A stretch of 64,000 bases of DNA. Source: Macrostomum lignano (lineage: Eukaryota). Position 1 is the first letter of the stretch, and the number at the start of each line of letters is the position of its first letter. The notes under the pieces were generated by a model. The model searched no databases. It saw only the letters and a program-made list of their open reading frames with translations, and was not told the DNA's origin. Below are positions 55,365 to 64,000 of this stretch, piece after piece. Made by a program: the position numbers and the translations under genes. The stretch spans positions 186,001-250,000 of the forward strand of contig NIVC01001014.1 of assembly GCA_002269645.1 (NCBI GenBank), given 5' to 3'.

Positions 55365-56445
55365 ACGCCATAGACAATCAAACTGGGAATCCGCCATCTG
55401 TAGACTATGTGCTCTTCTCTCTGCGGCCTGAATGACCTTGAAAACTGTGGGGCCATAGACAATCAAACTGGGAATCCGCCATAGACCCTATGCTATTCTC
55501 TCAGCGGCCTGAGTGACCTTGAAAACTGTGGGGCCATAGACAATCAAACTGGGAATCCGCCATAGACCCTATGCTATTCTCTCAGCGGCCTGAGTGACCT
55601 TGAAAACTGTGGGGCCATAGAAAATCAAACTGGGAATCCGCCATAGACCCTATGCTATTCTCTCAGCGGCCTGAGTGACCTTGAAAACTGTGGGGCCATA
55701 GACAATCAAACTGGGAATCCGCCATAGACCCTATGCTATTCTCTCAGCGGCCTGAGTGACCTTGAAAACTGTGGGGCCATAGACAATCAAACTGGGAGTC
55801 CGCCATAGACCCTTATCTCTTCTCTCTGCGGCCTGAGTGACCTTGAAAGTTGTGGGGCCATAGACAATCAAACTGGGAGTCCGCCATAGACCCTTATCTC
55901 TTCTCGCCTGAATGACCTTGATGGGGCCATAGACAATCAAACTGGGAATCCGCCATAGACCCTTATCTCTTCTCGCCTGAATGACCTTGATGGGGCCATA
56001 GACAATCAAACTGGGAGTCCGCCATAGACCCTTATCTCTTCTCGCCTGAATGACCTTGATGGGGCCATAGACAATCAAACTGGGAGTCCGCCATAGACCC
56101 TTATCTCTTCTCGCCTGAATGACCTTGATGGGGCCATAGACAATCAAACTGGGAGTCCGCCATAGACCCTTATCTCTTCTCGCCTGAATGACCTTGATGG
56201 GGCCATAGACAATCAAACTGGGAGTCCGCCATAGACCCTTATCTCTTCTCGCCTGAATGACCTTGATGGGGCCATAGACAATCAAACTGGGAGTCCGCCA
56301 TAGACCCTTATCTCTTCTCGCCTGAATGACCTTGATGGGGCCATAGACAATCAAACTGGGAATCCGCCATAGACCCCTATCTCTTCTCTCTGTGGCTTGA
56401 GTGACCTTGAATGCTGTGGGGCCATAGACAATCAACTGGGGCCAC
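55365..56445. repeat. ~70-75-bp minisatellite (GCCATAGACAATCAAACTGGGAGTCCGCCATAGACCC...)
   Basis: Direct reading. Confidence 0.95.
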
Positions 56446-57150
56446 AAAGAGCGCGTGGTCTATATCATATTCCTAGTTGGATTGTGTATGTGTACGGTTT
56501 CAATTTAAACTGACAAATACAACTATTGCTTATTAGATTAGATTATTATTAACAGTACGAGTAAGTCCAGGGTTCGATTCCCTGGAGTGTGCAAACACTG
56601 AATACTCAATTACACACATGCTGTTAGTTAAAGACATATTTTCAAACAGGAATGAAGCTGTATAATGGATAGAGAGAATACTGATTGCCTACGGTTACGG
56701 GGCTGACGAATCAGGTGCTGAAACTGAAAGTTACAGTTGATAACAGTTGATTAAAACAAAGCCTAGTGAAGCAATAACTTAATTTACAAATAAAAACAAT
56801 GAAGAACACGCTAGCAAATAAAAAATATGAAATAGTTTACTATGAATCAAAGAGTGAACGGATGGTATTTAAAGAATTGAAATTGATTTTTGGTGGTTCT
56901 ACAAAAAATTAATGATTAGTTAAAATAATCATACACCATTAAGTTGTGGCAAAAAAAAATAGAAGAACATAAAAGTCAACTAAATTAAATAATTGTCTCT
57001 ATGAACAATTTAAAAAATTGGCTCCATTTTTAACAAAAATCGAAAATTCCTTATCAAAAACATGCAGTATAAATTCATAGTTGAGTTTTTTTCACAAATT
57101 ATGTTGAATAGCTGACACTAAACGTTTAATTAATTAATTATTATGAATAT

Positions 57151-60100
57151 TTATTCGTCGCAACAGGTCTGATATTCTTTCATCACGATGCGAAATCTGC
57201 CAGCATTGACTGTGTCTGATAGAACGTGCAGAGTGTACTTGCTCTCGTTCAGCATGTGGCTCACCATCTGTTAGGGCAGGCAGTGGGGGGCTATTGTTTG
57301 CGAGTGTACACAGGGAGCTGGAGGTGCGGCAGGGGCCGGAGCGAGTTTACATTGTAAGAGTGAAGTAGGCGGAAGGGGGTTGGCCGGGCAGGGTCTAGTA
57401 GAGCGAGTGTACATTGTGAGTGAGGTTGGCGGAAGGGGTTGGGGCAGGGGCCGGAGCCAGTGTACATTGTGAGTGAGGTTGACGGAAGGAATTTGGAACA
57501 GGGGCCGGAGCGAGTGTACATTGCGAGTGAGGTTGACGGAAGGGGGTTGGAACAGGGGCCGGAGCCAGTGTACATTGTGAGAGTGAGGTTGGCGGAAGGG
57601 GGTTGGGGCAGGGGCCGGAGCCAGTGTACATTGTGAGAGTGAGGTTGGCGGAAGGGGGTTGGGGCAGGGGCCGGAGCCAGTGTACATTGTGAGAGTGAGG
57701 TTGGCGGAAGGGGGTTGGGGCAGGGGCCGGAGCCAGTGTACATTGTGAGAGTGAGGTTGGCGGAAGGGGGTTGGGGCAGGGGCCGGAGCCAGTGTACATT
57801 GGGAGTGAGGTTATCGGAAGGGAGTTGGGGCAGGGGCCGGAGCGAGTGTACATTGTGAGTGAGGTTGGCGGAAAGGCGGTTGGGGCAGGGGCCGGAGCCA
57901 GTGTACATTGTGAGTGGGGTTGGTCGGAGGGGCTGGAGCGACTGCACAATGTAAGTAGGATTAAATGGTTGCAGCCTTACCTCATCGCTAATGCAGACGG
58001 TGATGTCCCCGGGCCCGGACACGAGTATCTGTGTGATTTTGTCGCTGTCAGATTGAAACAGGTTGGTAACCTTGGCGAAGAGCTCCGGATAGGTGAGCTG
58101 GTTCAGGTACACCGGGTGAAACACTGTAGGAAAAATAAAGTCGAATGCGTGCGAAATAAAATTATCAAGCAGTTTTTCTCGGATAAAAAGATAGGAGTCG
58201 TGGCGGAAGGAAGATAATAAGATAATTTGCTAAGCTCTGCTCTCAGGAAGTCACACCTGACTCAAAGAATTGAAACAAAAAAATTGTCTCTTTGATCACA
58301 AAAAGCGACGCACAAACAATAAACAGAATATGCCTGTGCTCAGGTGGCCCTTTTTAGCGCCTAAAAATATTTTCTACTTCGCAAGAATTGACGGACAAGC
58401 TGCGAAACGTAATAATCCTAAGCGAAAATCCCTCACAGCGCTTCAGGTCAGAGACCGGGTATGCCTTGACTTGCTTGAAGTGAACGGAACAGGCAAATCT
58501 CGAAATCCCACGAGAAAAGATCCGCTCCACACGTATTCACAATAATACAGATCCGCCTCACACGTATTCACCGCACGTCAAATCCGCACCCGCATTCACG
58601 ACACCCCCAAATCCGCACCCGCATTCACGACACCCTTAAATCCGCACCCGCATTCACGACACCCCCAAATCCGCACCCGCATTCACGACACCCCCAAATC
58701 CGCACCCGCATTCACGACACCCCCAAATCCGCACCCGCATTCACGACACCCCCAAATCCGCACCCGCATTCACGACACCCCCAAATCCGCACCCGCATTC
58801 ACGACACCCCCAAATCCGCACCCGCATTCACGACACCCCCAAATCCGCACCCGCATTCACGACACCCCAAATCCGCACCCGCATTCACGACACCCCCAAA
58901 TCCGCACCCGCATTCACGACACCCCAAATCCGCACCCGCATTCACGACACCCCCAAATCCGCACCCGCATTCACGACACACGCAAATCCGCACCCGCATT
59001 CACGACACACCCAAATCCGCACCCGCATTCACGACACCCCCAAATCCGCACCCGCATTCACGACACCCCCAAATCCGCACCCGCATTCACGACACCCCCA
59101 AATCCGCACCCTCGCATTCACCACACCCCCAAATCCGCCCCCCTCGCATTCACCACACCCCAAATCCGCCCCTCGCATTCACCACACCCCAAATCCGCCC
59201 CCCTCGCATTCACCACACCCCAAATCCGCCCCCTCGCATTCACCACACCCCAAATCCGCCCCCTCGCATTCACCACACCCCAAATCCGCCCCCTCGCATT
59301 CACCACACCCCAAATCCGCCCCCTCGCATTCACCACAACCCAAATCCGCCCCCTCGCATTAGCCACGGTAAAATGGAGTTGCCTACCATTCTCAGTTTCC
59401 TGACCAACGTAAAACAGCAGGCGAGCCCTGCAAGGCCGCTGCATGATTGCGTTGCACAATCTGATACCGTCACCAACTCCGCAAATTTCAATTAAATCGG
59501 CGCGCGACAATTGCAACATATCGGCGCCGTTGTATTGTTGAAATGCGCGTATTAGATTAGGCGAAAACCGATTGCGCTCCAGCCAATCGGACACCTGCTG
59601 CGGAGAGCTAGCGTTCGTCAGAGGCTCAGGCGGAGACGCCGAAGGACCAGCGGCGCTAGAGGTCTCCGGCGTCTTCGGGTCGCAGTCGCTACCGCTGCCG
59701 CCGCCGCTGGCGCCAACAAAACCCGACGGCGAGTGTCGATTGCTGGCCGATGCGACACCGCTGGAGCCACCGCAGCGAGCCTCTTGCTTGCTGCGGGTGA
59801 CAAATAAGCAGAATTAACAACGGAGTACAGTTCAAAATCCACTAAATGAAACTGCCTAATCTCCTAATGCAACTGCCTAATCTCCAAATGCAGCTTCCTA
59901 ATCTCCTAATGCAACTACTCACTCTTCTAATGCAACTGCCTAATCTCGTAATACAACTGCCTATTCTCCTAATGCAACTGCCTAATTTACTAATGCAACT
60001 GCCTAATCTCCTAATGCCACTGCCTAATCTCCTAATGCAACTGCCTAATCTCCTAATACAACTACTCACTCTCATAATGCTATTGCCTAATTTACTAATG

Positions 60101-63017
60101 CAACTGCCTATTCTCCTAATACAACTGCCTAATTTACTAATGCAACTGCCTATTATTCTAATGCAACTACCTAATCTCCTAATGCCACTGCCTAATCTCC
60201 TAATGCAACTGCCTAATCTCCTAATGCAACTGCCTAATCTCCTAATACAACTTCCTAATTTACTAATTCAACTGCCTATTCTCCTAATGCAACTGCCTAA
60301 TCTCCTAATGCAACTGCCTAATCTCCTAATACAACTTCCTAATCTCCTAATACAACTACTCACTCTCCTAATGCTATTGCCTTATCTTCTAATGCAACTG
60401 CGTAATCTCCCAGTGCAACTGCCTGCAGCAGCAGATGAGGCGTGTTTAGTCAACCTCATGTTTGCAAGCATCGATAGGCCATAATAAAACTAAATGGACA
60501 TTAATTACATTGATTAATATGTGCAGGGCCCCTCCCGATTCTTTTACAGAATTGATAATCGTACAACTCATTTTGAATGCGTGCCGAATCTAGGCAAACA
60601 CATTTGTTATAATACACGTATTTTTCATAATATTTAACGCGAACTAATTTTTGTTTAAACTAACAAATTTTAGTATAAATAAAAGCGCTTTCGGCGGAGG
60701 AGAGACCAACCTCGAGCATCGCGGTTCCTTAAGAAAGAAAGCCAGTATCGAATAGTAAGAGTTCCGAGTAAACGTTATTGAAGATTGTTTTCCGAGTTAT
60801 TCATTTGCATAAGTAAAAGTGAAGTAGGCCGAAGCGTATACAGTATATACTACTGAGAAGTGGAAGTAGTAAGAAACTACGAAGTAGATCCTAAATCGAT
60901 ACATGTAAGAATGACCGGAGGCTGTGATCCTCTGATCTCGGTAACGTCCAGGACTAAAAATACATACAATACATATACCAGTAAGCCAATGTACCTCTCA
61001 GGTCAAATTACTAGTAGAACGCTACCAGAATAACAGTAAACGCTACCAGAAATACAGAAGAACGATACTCGTAAGGGCTAGATAGTAGTTCACAGATCAA
61101 ATACTCGGACTTATACTCAGAATAAATACTCAGACTAATTCTAAGAAACATTTCTCAGACTTATTCTAAGATTAATAAACTCATAATTTTTTAATAGAAT
61201 AATCTTGGTGGCAGCTACCAACATTAGGACATTTATAAAGACAGAAGTTCATCCCTGTTACAACTTGGGAGGCTTGGGATTAGAGTCATGTTACCTGCTA
61301 ATCCACCCGTGACCTAAATAAGGCAGGAGCAACTGCAGTCGCGTTAGGCAATGGGAAAAAAAGAAATAATAGACAGAAAGGCAGTCATCAGAGGCGGGAG
61401 CAGGTGAGAACAGAGCTAAAACTTTCTTTTCTGCTCTTTGTACCAATTTTAGCTGAATTATTAATTTATAAATCACAAAGCCATCCCTGTTCGAATACCG
61501 AATTGCTATCCCGCATAACCTAGTTCCTAATGCAAAATTTCACTTGCTAAATCTATAATTCCGATGTCGAAACATATTAAATACCCTAAATCCCATATCA
61601 TAGATCGGAACTCCCCATATTATAGATCCCATATCCTAGATTCCAAATTCCGATATTATAGATCCGAAATGCGAAATCCCATATTACAGATCTGAAATCA
61701 AATATTATAGATTCCAAATCCCATATTATAGATCCCAAATCACCATGTCATAGATCTGAAATCCTATATTATAGATACCAAAATCTTCATATCTTAGCTC
61801 CCAAATCCCCATATTATAGATCCCAAATCCCCATATTATAGATCGGAAATCCTATATCATAGATCCCAAATCCCCATATCTTAGATTCTAAATCCCCATA
61901 TAATCGATCTGAAATCCCATATTAAAGACGTGAAATCCCATATTATAGATCCAGAATTCCCATATCATGGATCCAAAATCCCATATCTTAGATTCCAAAT
62001 TCCCATATCTTAGATCCCAAATCGCCATATCTTAGATTCCGAAATCCCATATTATAGATCCCAAAGCCTCATATCTTAGATCCCAAATCCCCATATCTTA
62101 GATTCCAAATTCCCATATCTTAGATCCCAAATCCCCATATCTTAGATCCCAAATCCCCATATCTTAGATTCCGAATTCCCATATCTTAGATTCCAAATTC
62201 CCATATCTTAGATTCCAAATCCCCATATCTAAGATTCCGAAATCCCATATTATAGATCCCAAAACCTCGTATCTTAGATCCCAAATCCCCATATCTTAGA
62301 TTCCAAATCCCCATATCTTAGATTCCAAATCCCCATATCTTAGATTCCAAATCCCCATATCTTAGATCCCAAATCCCCATATCTTAGATCCCAAATCCCC
62401 ATATCTTAGATTCCGAATTCCCATATCTTAGATTCCAAATTCCCATATCTTAGATTCCAAATCCCCATATCTAAGATTCCGAAATCCCATATTATAGATC
62501 CCAAAACCTCGTATCTTAGATCCCAAATCCCCATATCTTAGATTCCAAATCCCCATATCTTAGATTCCAAATCCCCATATCTTAGATCCCAAATCCCCAT
62601 ATCTTAGATTCCGAATTCCCATATCTTAGATCCCAAATCTCCATATTCCAGATTTTGATTTACATGAACTGAGATCAAATGACAGTCAGATTGCAAAGCT
62701 TACATTGACACGCCAGAATATTGAGCCTGGGCCTGAGCCAGAGCCTGCTGCTGCTGATGATGACGCACTAGCGGTTGCTGGGCAGGCCGCGGCAGGTCGC
62801 CGATTGAGAAGGCGGCAACGTCGCGCTGCCCGCTGATATCAATGTCACCTCCGGTGCCGCCGCTATCCGCCCCATCAGACAGCACGTTCAATGGTAAGAA
62901 TGGAGTATAGGGCAGGGGCGGCTGGTATTTGCTTCGCTCAGCGTCTGAGCGCTTCTCCACCTTTTCCCTATCGGTCTTGTGCTTCCGGTCGGCGCCTTTC
63001 GGCTTGAACACTTTCAC
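57151..63017 (-). CDS. TFCP2: LSF/CP2-subfamily Grainyhead-family transcription factor, 3' part; complement(join(57151..57267,57981..58123,59387..59790,62704..63017)); 5' exons lie beyond the window
   Basis: [18 protein letters not shown] (LSF-type, not GRH-type), SAM-like WL.RNRFS...F..Y.GAD.L.LSR.DLI.ICG..DGIRL.NA, FHPVYL..LT..EL..K, GPGDI.V.ISDEMV; phases 2, 1, 0 match. Confidence 0.93.
57345..57930. repeat. G-rich ~56-bp minisatellite in a TFCP2 intron
   Basis: GTGTACATTGTGAGAGTGAGGTTGGCGGAAGGGGGTTGGGGCAGGGGCCGGAGCCA units. Confidence 0.92.
58570..59360. repeat. ~29-bp minisatellite (CAAATCCGCACCCGCATTCACGACACCCC) with a second variant block
   Basis: Direct reading. Confidence 0.95.
59845..60425. 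repeat. 21-bp minisatellite (CTCCTAATGCAACTGCCTAAT)
   Basis: Direct reading. Confidence 0.95.
61575..62650. repeat. 22-bp minisatellite (ATCTTAGATTCCAAATCCCCAT)
   Basis: Direct reading. Confidence 0.95.
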
Positions 63018-63084
63018 CTGGGTGGGGACCGAAACAGTTAGACTTTGCTGGCCAACTGGTTCTAGTCGACACTGTCGACACTTT

Positions 63085-64000
63085 CATCACACTGGCACTC
63101 CCTCAAATCACACTGGCACTCCCTCAAATCACACTGGCACTCTACCAAATCACACTGTCACTCTCCCAAATCACACTGGCACTCCCCCAAATCACACTGT
63201 CACTCTAACAAATCACACTGTCACTCTCCCAAATCACACTGGCACTCTCCCAAATCACACTGTCACTCTCCCAAATCACACTGTCACTCTCCCAAATCAC
63301 ACTGGCACTCTCCCAAATCACACTGGCACTCTCCCAAATCACACTGGCACTCTCCCAAATCACACTGGCACTCTACCAAATCACACTGTCACTCTCCCAA
63401 ATCACACTGGCACTCCCCCAAATCACACTGTCACTCTCCCAAATCACACTGTCACTCTCCCAAATCACACTGGCACTCTCCCAAATCACACTGTCACTCT
63501 CCCAAATCACACTGTCACTCTCCCAAATCACACTGGCACTCTCCCAAATCACACTGGCACTCTCCCAAATCACACTGGCACTCTCCCAAATCACACTGGC
63601 ACTCTACCAAATCACACTGTCACTCTCCCAAATCACACTGGCACTCCCCCAAATCACACTGTCACTCTCCCAAATCACACTGTCACTCTCCCAAATCACA
63701 CTGGCACTCTCCCAAATCACACTGGCACTCTCCCAAATCACACTGGCACTCTCCCAAATCACACTGGCACTCTCCCAAATCACACTGGCACTCTCCCAAA
63801 TCACACTGGCACTCTCCCAAATCACACTGGCACTCTCCCAAATCACACTGGCACTCTCCCAAATCACACTGGCACTCTCCCAAATCACACTGGCACTCTC
63901 CCAAATCACACTGTCACTCTCCCAAATCACACTGGCACTCTACCAAATCACACTGTCACTCTCCCAAATCACACTGGCACTCTCCCAAATCACACTGGCA
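63085..64000. repeat. 21-bp minisatellite (CCAAATCACACTG[G/T]CACTCTC), running to the window end
   Basis: Direct reading. Confidence 0.96.

Noticed and set aside
56565-56640. Third SINE copy
   Set aside because: Only a B-box-like GGTTCGATTCC is present; no A box or core match.

Overview
Eukaryotic (animal) genomic DNA. The repeat-filled introns and Gln/Ala/Pro-rich low-complexity exons resemble a flatworm such as Macrostomum, but that is inference only. Exons were assembled by hand from GT-AG sites, intron phase and family motifs. In order: a ~7 kb satellite; a decayed hAT transposon; an intronless class A peptide GPCR (+); a tRNA-derived CORE-type SINE; an insulin-receptor-family RTK (-, 9 exons traced, 15188-30290, signal-peptide exon not found); a hAT MITE with TSD; MEPCE/Bin3 (+); a signal peptide-PAN-fibrinogen (FReD) gene (+, one frameshift); a tandem degenerate cNMP-binding-domain gene (+); WASH1 (-, one frameshift in the poly-Pro tract); and the 3' part of an LSF/TFCP2 gene (-). 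The best candidate for new biology is the insulin-receptor-like protein. Its ligand-binding motifs, NPxY, HRD arginine, DFG phenylalanine and activation-loop tyrosines are all altered, while the catalytic K/E/D/N/D residues remain. A second theme is that nearly every long intron carries its own minisatellite: some supply splice sites, some are arrays of canonical TF motifs, and one family is shared between two genes. Repeat boundaries are approximate (tens of bp). No searches or alignments were run.
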